Of a stretch of DNA of 64,000 bases, positions 11,741 through 25,340 are shown piece by piece. The stretch comes from the human T2T-CHM13v2.0 reference genome, Homo sapiens. The position numbers and the translations under genes are program-made. The notes under the pieces are model-generated. The model made no database searches. It was given only the letters and a program-made list of their open reading frames with translations, and was not told the DNA's origin. The first letter of the stretch is position 1; each line of letters starts with the position of its first letter. Location: NCBI RefSeq assembly GCF_009914755.1, contig NC_060943.1, one strand, 5' to 3'.

Positions 11741-14700
11741 TGCGTTCAACTCACAGAGTTTAACCTTTCTTTTCATAGAGCAGTTAGGAAACACTCTGTT
11801 TGTAAAGTCTGCAAGTGGATATTCAGACCTCCTTGAGGCCTTCGTTGGAAACGGGATTTCTTCATATTATGCTAGACAGAAGAATTGTCAGTAACTTCCT
11901 TGTGTTGTGTGTATTCAACTCACAGAGTTGAACGATCCTTTACACAGAGCAGACTTGAAACACTCTTTTTGTGGAATTTGCAAGTGGAGATTTCAGCCGC
12001 TTTGAGTTCAAGGGTAGAATAGGAAATATCTTCCTATAGAAACTAGACAGAATGATTCTCAGAAACTCCTTTGTGATGTGTGCGTTCAACTCACAGAGTT
12101 CAACCTTTCTTTTCATAGAGCAGTTGGGAAACACTCTGTTTGTAAAGTCTGCAAGTGGATATTCAGAATTCTTTGAGGCCTTCGTTGGAAGCGGGATTTC
12201 TTCATATTCTGCTAGGCAGAAGAATTCTCAGTAACTTCCTTGTGTTGTGTGTATTCAACTCACAGAATTGAACGATCCTTTACACAGAGCAGACTTGAAA
12301 CACTCTTTTTGTGGAATTTGCAAGTGGAGATTTCAGCCGCTTTGAGGTCAATGGTAGAATAGGAAATATCTTCCTATAGAAACTAGACAGAATGATTCTC
12401 AGAAACTCCTTTGTGATGTGTGCATTCAACTCACAGAGTTTAACCTTTCTTTTCATAGAGAAGTTAGGAAACACTCTGTTTGTAAAGTCTGCAAGTGGAT
12501 ATTCAGACATCCTTGAGGCTTTCGTTGGAAACGGGATTTCTTCATATTCTGCTAGAAAGAAGAATTCTCAGTAACTTCCTTGTGTTGTGTGTATTCAACT
12601 CACAGAGTTGAATGATCCTTTACACAGAACAGTCTTGAAACACTCTTTTTGTGGAATTTGCAAGTGGAGATTTCAGCCGCTTTGAGGTCAATGGTAGAAT
12701 AGGAAATATCTTCCTATAGAAACTAGACAGAATGATTCTCAGAAACTCCTTTGTGATGTGTGCGTGCAACTCACAGAGTTTAACCTTTCTTTTCATAGAG
12801 CAGTTAGGAAACACTCTGTTTGTAAAGTCTGCAAGTGGATATTCCGACCTCCTTGAGGGCTTCGTTGGAAACGGGATTTCTTCATATTATGCTAGACAGA
12901 AGAATTCTCAGTAACTTCCTTGTGTTGTGTGTTTTCAACTCACAGAGTTCAACGATCCTTTACACAGAGTAGACTTGAAACACTCTTTTTGTGGAATTGG
13001 CAGGGTGGAGATTTCAGCCGCTTTGAGGTCAATGGTAGAAAAGTAAATATCTTCGTATAAAAACTAGACAGAGTGATTCTCAGAAACTCCTTTGTGATGT
13101 CTGCGTTCAACTCACAGAGTTTAACCTTTCTTTTCATAGAGCAGTAAGGAAACACTCTGTTTGTAAAGTCTGCAAGTGGATATTCAGACCTCCTTGAGGC
13201 CTTCGTTGGAAACGGGATTTCTTCATATTCTGCTTGACAGAAGAATTCTCAGAAACTTCCTTGTGTTGTGTGTATTCAACTCACAGAGTTGAACGATCGT
13301 TTGCACAGAGCAGACTTGAGACACTCTTTTTGTGGAATTTGTAAGTGGAGATTTCAGCCGCTTTGAGGTCATTGGTAGAAAAGGAAATATCTTCATATAA
13401 AAACTAGACAGAATGATTCTCAGAAACTCCTTTGTGATGTGTGCGTTCAACTCACAGAGTTTAACCTTTCTTTTCATAGAGCAGTTAGGAAACACTCTGT
13501 TTGTAAAGTCTGCAAGTGGATATTCAGACATCTTTGAGGCTTTCGTTGGAAACGGGATTTCTTCATATTCTGCTAGACAGAAGAATTCTCAGAAAGTTCG
13601 TTGTGTTGTGTGTTTTCAACTCACAGAGTTGAACGATCCTTTACACAGAGCAGACTTGAAACACTCTTTTTGTGGAATTTGCAAGTGGAGATTTCAGCCG
13701 CTTTGAGGTCAATGGTAGAAAAGGAAATATCTTCGTATAAAAACTAGACAGAATGATTCTGAGAAACTCCTTTGTGATGTGTGCGTTCAACTCACAGAGT
13801 TTAACCTTTCTTTTCATAGAGCAGTTAGGAAGCACTCTGTTAGTAAAGTCTGCAAGTGGATATTCAGACCTCCTTGAGGCCTTCGTTGGAAAGGGGATTT
13901 CTTCATATTATGCTAGACAGAAGAATTCTCAGTAACTTCCTTGTGTTGTGTGTATTCAACTCACAGAGTTGAACGATCCTTTACACAGAGCAGACTTGAA
14001 ACACTCTTTTTGTGAAATTTGCAAGTGGAGATTTCAGCCGCTTTGAGGTCAATGGTAGAATAGGAAATATCTTCCTATAGAAACTAGACAGAATGATTCT
14101 CAGAAACTCCTTTGTGATGTGTGCGTTCAACTCACAGAGTTTAACCTTTCTTTTCATAGAGCAGTTAGGAAACACTCTGTTTGTAAAGTCTGCAAGTGGA
14201 TATTCAGACATCCTTGAGGCTTTCGTTGGAAACGGGATTTCTTCATATTCTGCTAGAAAGAAGAATTCTCAGTAACTTCCTTGTGTTGTGTGTATTCAAC
14301 TCACAGAGTTGAATGATCCTTTACACAGAACAGTCTTGAAACACTCTTTTTGTGGAATTTGCAAGTGGAGATTTCAGCCGCTTTGAGGTCAATGGTAGAA
14401 TAGGAAATATCTTCCTATAGAAACTAGACAGAATGATTCTCAGAAACTCCTTTGTGATGTGTGCGTTCAACTCACAGAGTTTAACCTTTCTTTTCATAGA
14501 GCAGTTAGGAAACACTCTGTTTGTAAAGTCTGCAAGTGGATATTCAGACATCTTTGAGGCTTTCGTTGGAAACGGGATTTCTTCATATTCTGCTAGACAG
14601 CAGAATTCTCAGAAACTTCGTTGTGTTGTGTGTTTTCAACTCACAGAGTTCAACGATCCTTTACACAGAGTAGACTTGAAACACTCTTTTTGTGGAATTG

Positions 14701-17700
14701 GCAGGGTGGAGATTTCAGCCGCTTTGAGGTCAATGGTAGAAAAGGAAATATCTTCGTATAAAAACTAGACAGAGTGATTCTCAGAAACTCCTTTGTGATG
14801 TCTGCGTTCAACTCACAGAGTTTAACCTTTCTTTTCATAGAGCAGTTAGGAAACACTCTGTTTGTAAAGTCTGCAAGTGGATATTCAGACCTCCTTGAGG
14901 CCTTCGTTGGAAACGGGATTTCTTCATATTATGCTAGACAGAAGAATTGTCAGTAACTTCCTTGTGTTGTGTGTATTCAACTCACAGAGTTGAACGATCC
15001 TTTACACAGAGCAGACTTGAAACACTCTTTTTGTGGAATTTGCAAGTGGAGATTTCAGCCGCTTTGAGTTCAAGGGTAGAATAGGAAATATCTTCCTATA
15101 GAAACTAGACAGAATGATTCTCAGAAACTCCTTTGTGATGTGTGCGTTCAACTCACAGAGTTCAACCTTTCTTTTCATAGAGCAGTTGGGAAACACTCTG
15201 TTTGTAAAGTCTGCAAGTGGATATTCAGAATTCTTTGAGGCCTTCGTTGGAAGCGGGATTTCTTCATATTCTGCTAGGCAGAAGAATTCTCAGTAACTTC
15301 CTTGTGTTGTGTGTATTCAACTCACAGAATTGAACGATCCTTTACACAGAGCAGACTTGAAACACTCTTTTTGTGGAATTTGCAAGTGGAGATTTCAGCC
15401 GCTTTGAGGTCAATGGTAGAATAGGAAATATCTTCCTATAGAAACTAGACAGAATGATTCTCAGAAACTCCTTTGTGATGTGTGCATTCAACTCACAGAG
15501 TTTAACCTTTCTTTTCATAGAGAAGTTAGGAAACACTCTGTTTGTAAAGTCTGCAAGTGGATATTCAGACATCCTTGAGGCTTTCGTTGGAAACGGGATT
15601 TCTTCATATTCTGCTAGAAAGAAGAATTCTCAGTAACTTCCTTGTGTTGTGTGTATTCAACTCACAGAGTTGAATGATCCTTTACACAGAACAGTCTTGA
15701 AACACTCTTTTTGTGGAATTTGCAAGTGGAGATTTCAGCCGCTTTGAGGTCAATGGTAGAATAGGAAATATCTTCCTATAGAAACTAGACAGAATGATTC
15801 TCAGAAACTCCTTTGTGATGTGTGCGTGCAACTCACAGAGTTTAACCTTTCTTTTCATAGAGCAGTTAGGAAACACTCTGTTTGTAAAGTCTGCAAGTGG
15901 ATATTCCGACCTCCTTGAGGGCTTCGTTGGAAACGGGATTTCTTCATATTATGCTAGACAGAAGAATTCTCAGTAACTTCCTTGTGTTGTGTGTTTTCAA
16001 CTCACAGAGTTCAACGATCCTTTACACAGAGTAGACTTGAAACACTCTTTTTGTGGAATTGGCAGGGTGGAGATTTCAGCCGCTTTGAGGTCAATGGTAG
16101 AAAAGTAAATATCTTCGTATAAAAACTAGACAGAGTGATTCTCAGAAACTCCTTTGTGATGTCTGCGTTCAACTCACAGAGTTTAACCTTTCTTTTCATA
16201 GAGCAGTAAGGAAACACTCTGTTTGTAAAGTCTGCAAGTGGATATTCAGACCTCCTTGAGGCCTTCGTTGGAAACGGGATTTCTTCATATTCTGCTTGAC
16301 AGAAGAATTCTCAGAAACTTCCTTGTGTTGTGTGTATTCAACTCACAGAGTTGAACGATCGTTTGCACAGAGCAGACTTGAGACACTCTTTTTGTGGAAT
16401 TTGTAAGTGGAGATTTCAGCCGCTTTGAGGTCATTGGTAGAAAAGGAAATATCTTCATATAAAAACTAGACAGAATGATTCTCAGAAACTCCTTTGTGAT
16501 GTGTGCGTTCAACTCACAGAGTTTAACCTTTCTTTTCATAGAGCAGTTAGGAAACACTCTGTTTGTAAAGTCTGCAAGTGGATATTCAGACATCTTTGAG
16601 GCTTTCGTTGGAAACGGGATTTCTTCATATTCTGCTAGACAGAAGAATTCTCAGAAAGTTCGTTGTGTTGTGTGTTTTCAACTCACAGAGTTGAACGATC
16701 CTTTACACAGAGCAGACTTGAAACACTCTTTTTGTGGAATTTGCAAGTGGAGATTTCAGCCGCTTTGAGGTCAATGGTAGAAAAGGAAATATCTTCGTAT
16801 AAAAACTAGACAGAATGATTCTGAGAAACTCCTTTGTGATGTGTGCGTTCAACTCACAGAGTTTAACCTTTCTTTTCATAGAGCAGTTAGGAAGCACTCT
16901 GTTAGTAAAGTCTGCAAGTGGATATTCAGACCTCCTTGAGGCCTTCGTTGGAAAGGGGATTTCTTCATATTATGCTAGACAGAAGAATTCTCAGTAACTT
17001 CCTTGTGTTGTGTGTATTCAACTCACAGAGTTGAACGATCCTTTACACAGAGCAGACTTGAAACACTCTTTTTGTGAAATTTGCAAGTGGAGATTTCAGC
17101 CGCTTTGAGGTCAATGGTAGAATAGGAAATATCTTCCTATAGAAACTAGACAGAATGATTCTCAGAAACTCCTTTGTGATGTGTGCGTTCAACTCACAGA
17201 GTTTAACCTTTCTTTTCATAGAGCAGTTAGGAAACACTCTGTTTGTAAAGTCTGCAAGTGGATATTCAGACATCCTTGAGGCTTTCGTTGGAAACGGGAT
17301 TTCTTCATATTCTGCTAGAAAGAAGAATTCTCAGTAACTTCCTTGTGTTGTGTGTATTCAACTCACAGAGTTGAATGATCCTTTACACAGAACAGTCTTG
17401 AAACACTCTTTTTGTGGAATTTGCAAGTGGAGATTTCAGCCGCTTTGAGGTCAATGGTAGAATAGGAAATATCTTCCTATAGAAACTAGACAGAATGATT
17501 CTCAGAAACTCCTTTGTGATGTGTGCGTTCAACTCACAGAGTTTAACCTTTCTTTTCATAGAGCAGTTAGGAAACACTCTGTTTGTAAAGTCTGCAAGTG
17601 GATATTCAGACATCTTTGAGGCTTTCGTTGGAAACGGGATTTCTTCATATTCTGCTAGACAGCAGAATTCTCAGAAACTTCGTTGTGTTGTGTGTTTTCA

Positions 17701-17992
17701 ACTCACAGAGTTCAACGATCCTTTACACAGAGTAGACTTGAAACACTCTTTTTGTGGAATTGGCAGGGTGGAGATTTCAGCCGCTTTGAGGTCAATGGTA
17801 GAAAAGGAAATATCTTCGTATAAAAACTAGACAGAGTGATTCTCAGAAACTCCTTTGTGATGTCTGCGTTCAACTCACAGAGTTTAACCTTTCTTTTCAT
17901 AGAGCAGTTAGGAAACACTCTGTTTGTAAAGTCTGCAAGTGGATATTCAGACCTCCTTGAGGCCTTCGTTGGAAACGGGATTTCTTCATATT
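11741..17992 (+). repeat. Tandem duplication, 3062-bp unit (9 dimers)
   Basis: The same dimer-type series recurs at offset 3062 (12052/15114, 13413/16475, 14433/17495). A private G is shared at 13596 and 16658. Confidence 0.9.
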
Positions 17993-20900
17993 CTGCTATA
18001 CAGAAGAATTCTCAGAAACTTCCTTGTGTTGTGTGTATTCAACTCACAGAGTTGAACGATCCTTTACACAGAGCAGACTTGAAACACTCTTTTTGTGGAA
18101 ATTGCAAGTGGAGATTTCAGGCGCTTTGAGGTCAATGTTAGAAAAGGAAATATCTTCGTATAAAAACTAGACAGAATGATTCTCAGAAACTCCTTTGTGA
18201 TGTGTGCGTTCAACTCACAGAGTTTAACCTTTCTTTTCATAGAGCAGTTAGGAAACACTCTGTTTGTAAAGTCTGCAAGTGGATATTCAGACCTCCTTGA
18301 GGCCTTCGTTGGAAACGGGATTTCTTCATATTATGCTAGACAGAAGAATTCTCAGTAACTTCCTTGTGTTGTGTGTATTCAACTCACAGAGTTGAACGAT
18401 CCTTTACACAGAGCAGACTTGAAACACTCTTTTTGTGGAATTTGCAAGTGGAGATTTCAGCCGCTTTGAGGTCAATGGTAGAATAGGAAATATCTTCCTA
18501 TAGAAACTAGAGAGAATGATTCTCAGAAACTCCTTTGTGATGTGTGCGTTCAACTCACAGAGTTCAACCTTTCTTTTCATAGAGCAGTTGGTAAACACTC
18601 TGTTTGTAAAGTCTGCAAGTGGATATTCAGACTTCTTTGAGGCCTTCGTTGGAAGCGGGATTTCTTCATATTCTGCTAGACAGAAGAATTCTCAGTAACT
18701 TCCTTGTGTTGTGTGTATTCAACTCACAGAGTTGAACGATCCTTTACACAGAGCAGACTTGAAACACTCTTTTTGTGGAATTTGCAAGTGGAGATTTCAG
18801 CCGCTTTGAGGTCAATGGTAGAATAGGAAATATCTTCCTATAGAAACTAGACAGAATGATTCTCAGAAACTCCTTTGTGATGTGTGCGTTCAACTCACAG
18901 AGTTTAACCTTTCTTTTCATAGAGCAGTTAGGAAACACTCTGTTTGTAAAGTCTGCAAGTGGATATTCAGACATCCTTGAGGCTTTCGTTGGAAACGGGA
19001 TTTCTTCATATTCTGCTAGACAGAAGAATTCTCAGTAACTTCCTTGTGTTGTGTGTATTCAACTCACAGAGTTGAACGATCCTTTACACAGAGCAGACTT
19101 GAAACACTCTTTTTGTGGAATTTGCAAGTGGAGATTTCAGCCGCTTTGAGGTCAATGGTAGAATAGGAAATATCTTCCTATAGAAACTAGACAGAATGAT
19201 TCTCAGAAACTCCTTTGTGATGTGTGCGTTCAACTCACAGAGTTTAACCTTTCTTTTCATAGAGCAGTTAGGAAACACTCTGTTTGTAAAGTCTGCAAGT
19301 GGATATTCAGACCTCCTTGAGGCCTTCGTTGGAAACTGCATTTCTTCATATTATGCTAGACAGAAGAATTCTCAGTAACTTCCTTGTGTTGTGTGTATTC
19401 AACTCACAGAGTTGAACGATCGTTTACACAGAGCAGACTTGAAACACTCTTTTTGTGGAATTTGCAAATGGAGATTTCAGCCGCTTTGAGTTCAATGGTA
19501 GAATAGGAAATATCTTCCTATAGAAACTAGACAGAATGATTCTCAGAAACTCCTTTGTGATGTGTGCGTTCAACTCACAGAGTTTAACCTTTCTTTTCAT
19601 AGAGCAGTTAGGAAACACTCTGTTTGTAAAGTCTGCAAGTGGATATTCAGACATCTTTGAGGCTTTCGTTGGAAACGGGATTTCTTCATATTCTGCTAGA
19701 CAGAAGAATTCTCAGTAACTTCCTTCTGTTGCGTGTATTCAACTCACAGAGTTGAACGATCCTTTACACAGAGCAGACTTGAAACACTCTTTTTGTGGAA
19801 TTTGCAAGTGGAGATTTCAGCCGCTTTGAGGTCAATGGTAGAATAGGAAATATCTTCCTATAGAAACTAGACAGAATGATTCTCAGAAACTCCTTTGTGA
19901 TGTGTGCGTTCAACTCACAGAGTTTAACATTTCTTTTCATAGAGCAGTTAGGAAACACTCTGTTTGTAAAGTCTGCAAGTGGATATTCAGACCTCCTTGA
20001 GGCCTTCGTTGGAAACGGGATTTCTTCATATTATGCTAGACAGAAGAATTCTCAGTAACTTCCTTGTGTTGTGTGTATTCAACTCACAGAGTTGAACGAT
20101 CCTTTACACAGAGCAGACTTGAAACACTCTTTTTGTGGAATTTGCAAGTGGAGATTTCAGCCGCTTTGAGGTCAATGGTAGAAAAGGAAATATCTTCGTA
20201 TAAAAACTAGACAGAATGATTCTCAGAAACTCCTTTGTGATGTGTGCGTTCAACTCACAGAGTTTAACCTTTCTTTTCATAGAGCAGTTAGGAAACACTC
20301 TGTTTGTAAAGTCTGCAAGTGGATATTCAGACCTCCTTGAGGCCTTCGTTGGAAACGGGATTTCTTCATATTATGCTAGACAGAAGAATTGTCAGTAACT
20401 TCCTTGTGTTGTGTGTATTCAACTCACAGAGTTGAACGATCCTTTACACAGAGCAGACTTGAAACACTCTTTTTGTGGAATTTGCAAGTGGAGATTTCAG
20501 CCGCTTTGAGTTCAAGGGTAGAATAGGAAATATCTTCCTATAGAAACTAGACAGAATGATTCTCAGAAACTCCTTTGTGATGTGTGCGTTCAACTCACAG
20601 AGTTCAACCTTTCTTTTCATAGAGCAGTTGGGAAACACTCTGTTTGTAAAGTCTGCAAGTGGATATTCAGAATTCTTTGAGGCCTTCGTTGGAAGCGGGA
20701 TTTCTTCATATTCTGCTAGGCAGAAGAATTCTCAGTAACTTCCTTGTGTTGTGTGTATTCAACTCACAGAATTGAACGATCCTTTACACAGAGCAGACTT
20801 GAAACACTCTTTTTGTGGAATTTGCAAGTGGAGATTTCAGCCGCTTTGAGGTCAATGGTAGAATAGGAAATATCTTCCTATAGAAACTAGACAGAATGAT

Positions 20901-23900
20901 TCTCAGAAACTCCTTTGTGATGTGTGCATTCAACTCACAGAGTTTAACCTTTCTTTTCATAGAGAAGTTAGGAAACACTCTGTTTGTAAAGTCTGCAAGT
21001 GGATATTCAGACATCCTTGAGGCTTTCGTTGGAAACGGGATTTCTTCATATTCTGCTAGAAAGAAGAATTCTCAGTAACTTCCTTGTGTTGTGTGTATTC
21101 AACTCACAGAGTTGAATGATCCTTTACACAGAACAGTCTTGAAACACTCTTTTTGTGGAATTTGCAAGTGGAGATTTCAGCCGCTTTGAGGTCAATGGTA
21201 GAATAGGAAATATCTTCCTATAGAAACTAGACAGAATGATTCTCAGAAACTCCTTTGTGATGTGTGCGTGCAACTCACAGAGTTTAACCTTTCTTTTCAT
21301 AGAGCAGTTAGGAAACACTCTGTTTGTAAAGTCTGCAAGTGGATATTCCGACCTCCTTGAGGGCTTCGTTGGAAACGGGATTTCTTCATATTATGCTAGA
21401 CAGAAGAATTCTCAGTAACTTCCTTGTGTTGTGTGTTTTCAACTCACAGAGTTCAACGATCCTTTACACAGAGTAGACTTGAAACACTCTTTTTGTGGAA
21501 TTGGCAGGGTGGAGATTTCAGCCGCTTTGAGGTCAATGGTAGAAAAGTAAATATCTTCGTATAAAAACTAGACAGAGTGATTCTCAGAAACTCCTTTGTG
21601 ATGTCTGCGTTCAACTCACAGAGTTTAACCTTTCTTTTCATAGAGCAGTAAGGAAACACTCTGTTTGTAAAGTCTGCAAGTGGATATTCAGACCTCCTTG
21701 AGGCCTTCGTTGGAAACGGGATTTCTTCATATTCTGCTTGACAGAAGAATTCTCAGAAACTTCCTTGTGTTGTGTGTATTCAACTCACAGAGTTGAACGA
21801 TCGTTTGCACAGAGCAGACTTGAGACACTCTTTTTGTGGAATTTGTAAGTGGAGATTTCAGCCGCTTTGAGGTCATTGGTAGAAAAGGAAATATCTTCAT
21901 ATAAAAACTAGACAGAATGATTCTCAGAAACTCCTTTGTGATGTGTGCGTTCAACTCACAGAGTTTAACCTTTCTTTTCATAGAGCAGTTAGGAAACACT
22001 CTGTTTGTAAAGTCTGCAAGTGGATATTCAGACATCTTTGAGGCTTTCGTTGGAAACGGGATTTCTTCATATTCTGCTAGACAGAAGAATTCTCAGAAAC
22101 TTCGTTGTGTTGTGTGTTTTCAACTCACAGAGTTGAACGATCCTTTACACAGAGCAGACTTGAAACACTCTTTTTGTGGAATTTGCAAGTGGAGATTTCA
22201 GCCGCTTTGAGGTCAATGGTAGAAAAGGAAATATCTTCGTATAAAAACTAGACAGAATGATTCTGAGAAACTCCTTTGTGATGTGTGCGTTCAACTCACA
22301 GAGTTTAACCTTTCTTTTCATAGAGCAGTTAGGAAGCACTCTGTTAGTAAAGTCTGCAAGTGGATATTCAGACCTCCTTGAGGCCTTCGTTGGAAAGGGG
22401 ATTTCTTCATATTATGCTAGACAGAAGAATTCTCAGTAACTTCCTTGTGTTGTGTGTATTCAACTCACAGAGTTGAACGATCCTTTACACAGAGCAGACT
22501 TGAAACACTCTTTTTGTGAAATTTGCAAGTGGAGATTTCAGCCGCTTTGAGGTCAATGGTAGAATAGGAAATATCTTCCTATAGAAACTAGACAGAATGA
22601 TTCTCAGAAACTCCTTTGTGATGTGTGCGTTCAACTCACAGAGTTTAACCTTTCTTTTCATAGAGCAGTTAGGAAACACTCTGTTTGTAAAGTCTGCAAG
22701 TGGATATTCAGACATCCTTGAGGCTTTCGTTGGAAACGGGATTTCTTCATATTCTGCTAGAAAGAAGAATTCTCAGTAACTTCCTTGTGTTGTGTGTATT
22801 CAACTCACAGAGTTGAATGATCCTTTACACAGAACAGTCTTGAAACACTCTTTTTGTGGAATTTGCAAGTGGAGATTTCAGCCGCTTTGAGGTCAATGGT
22901 AGAATAGGAAATATCTTCCTATAGAAACTAGACAGAATGATTCTCAGAAACTCCTTTGTGATGTGTGCGTTCAACTCACAGAGTTTAACCTTTCTTTTCA
23001 TAGAGCAGTTAGGAAACACTCTGTTTGTAAAGTCTGCAAGTGGATATTCAGACATCTTTGAGGCTTTCGTTGGAAACGGGATTTCTTCATATTCTGCTAG
23101 ACAGCAGAATTCTCAGAAACTTCGTTGTGTTGTGTGTTTTCAACTCACAGAGTTCAACGATCCTTTACACAGAGTAGACTTGAAACACTCTTTTTGTGGA
23201 ATTGGCAGGGTGGAGATTTCAGCCGCTTTGAGGTCAATGGTAGAAAAGGAAATATCTTCGTATAAAAACTAGACAGAGTGATTCTCAGAAACTCCTTTGT
23301 GATGTCTGCGTTCAACTCACAGAGTTTAACCTTTCTTTTCATAGAGCAGTTAGGAAACACTCTGTTTGTAAAGTCTGCAAGTGGATATTCAGACCTCCTT
23401 GAGGCCTTCGTTGGAAACGGGATTTCTTCATATTCTGCTATACAGAAGAATTCTCAGAAACTTCCTTGTGTTGTGTGTATTCAACTCACAGAGTTGAACG
23501 ATCCTTTACACAGAGCAGACTTGAAACACTCTTTTTGTGGAAATTGCAAGTGGAGATTTCAGGCGCTTTGAGGTCAATGGTAGAAAAGGAAATATCTTCG
23601 TATAAAAACTAGACAGAATGATTCTCAGAAACTCCTTTGTGATGTGTGCGTTCAACTCACAGAGTTTAACCTTTCTTTTCATAGAGCAGTTAGGAAACAC
23701 TCTGTTTGTAAAGTCTGCAAGTGGATATTCAGACCTCCTTGAGGCCTTCGTTGGAAACGGGATTTCTTCATATTATGCTAGACAGAAGAATTCTCAGTAA
23801 CTTCCTTGTGTTGTGTGTATTCAACTCACAGAGTTGAACGATCCTTTACACAGAGCAGACTTGAAACACTCTTTTTGTGGAATTTGCAAGTGGAGATTTC

Positions 23901-25340
23901 AGCCGCTTTGAGGTCAATGGTAGAATAGGAAATATCTTCCTATAGAAACTAGAGAGAATGATTCTCAGAAACTCCTTTGTGATGTGTGCGTTCAACTCAC
24001 AGAGTTCAACCTTTCTTTTCATAGAGCAGTTGGTAAACACTCTGTTTGTAAAGTCTGCAAGTGGATATTCAGACTTCTTTGAGGCCTTCGTTGGAAGCGG
24101 GATTTCTTCATATTCTGCTAGACAGAAGAATTCTCAGTAACTTCCTTGTGTTGTGTGTATTCAACTCACAGAGTTGAACGATCCTTTACACAGAGCAGAC
24201 TTGAAACACTCTTTTTGTGGAATTTGCAAGTGGAGATTTCAGCCGCTTTGAGGTCAATGGTAGAATAGGAAATATCTTCCTATAGAAACTAGACAGAATG
24301 ATTCTCAGAAACTCCTTTGTGATGTGTGCGTTCAACTCACAGAGTTTAACCTTTCTTTTCATAGAGCAGTTAGGAAACACTCTGTTTGTAAAGTCTGCAA
24401 GTGGATATTCAGACATCCTTGAGGCTTTCGTTGGAAACGGGATTTCTTCATATTCTGCTAGACAGAAGAATTCTCAGTAACTTCCTTGTGTTGTGTGTAT
24501 TCAACTCACAGAGTTGAACGATCCTTTACACAGAGCAGACTTGAAACACTCTTTTTGTGGAATTTGCAAGTGGAGATTTCAGCCGCTTTGAGGTCAATGG
24601 TAGAATAGGAAATATCTTCCTATAGAAACTAGACAGAATGATTCTCAGAAACTCCTTTGTGATGTGTGCGTTCAACTCACAGAGTTTAACCTTTCTTTTC
24701 ATAGAGCAGTTAGGAAACACTCTGTTTGTAAAGTCTGCAAGTGGATATTCAGACCTCCTTGAGGCCTTCGTTGGAAACTGCATTTCTTCATATTATGCTA
24801 GACAGAAGAATTCTCAGTAACTTCCTTGTGTTGTGTGTATTCAACTCACAGAGTTGAACGATCGTTTACACAGAGCAGACTTGAAACACTCTTTTTGTGG
24901 AATTTGCAAATGGAGATTTCAGCCGCTTTGAGTTCAATGGTAGAATAGGAAATATCTTCCTATAGAAACTAGACAGAATGATTCTCAGAAACTCCTTTGT
25001 GATGTGTGCGTTCAACTCACAGAGTTTAACCTTTCTTTTCATAGAGCAGTTAGGAAACACTCTGTTTGTAAAGTCTGCAAGTGGATATTCAGACATCTTT
25101 GAGGCTTTCGTTGGAAACGGGATTTCTTCATATTCTGCTAGACAGAAGAATTCTCAGTAACTTCCTTCTGTTGCGTGTATTCAACTCACAGAGTTGAACG
25201 ATCCTTTACACAGAGCAGACTTGAAACACTCTTTTTGTGGAATTTGCAAGTGGAGATTTCAGCCGCTTTGAGGTCAATGGTAGAATAGGAAATATCTTCC
25301 TATAGAAACTAGACAGAATGATTCTCAGAAACTCCTTTGT
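14803..25340 (+). repeat. Tandem repeat, 5442-bp period (16 dimers)
   Basis: Matching dimers at offset 5442: 15114/20556, 17495/22937, 18516/23958 (shared GGTAAAC) and 19196/24638. Confidence 0.88.
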
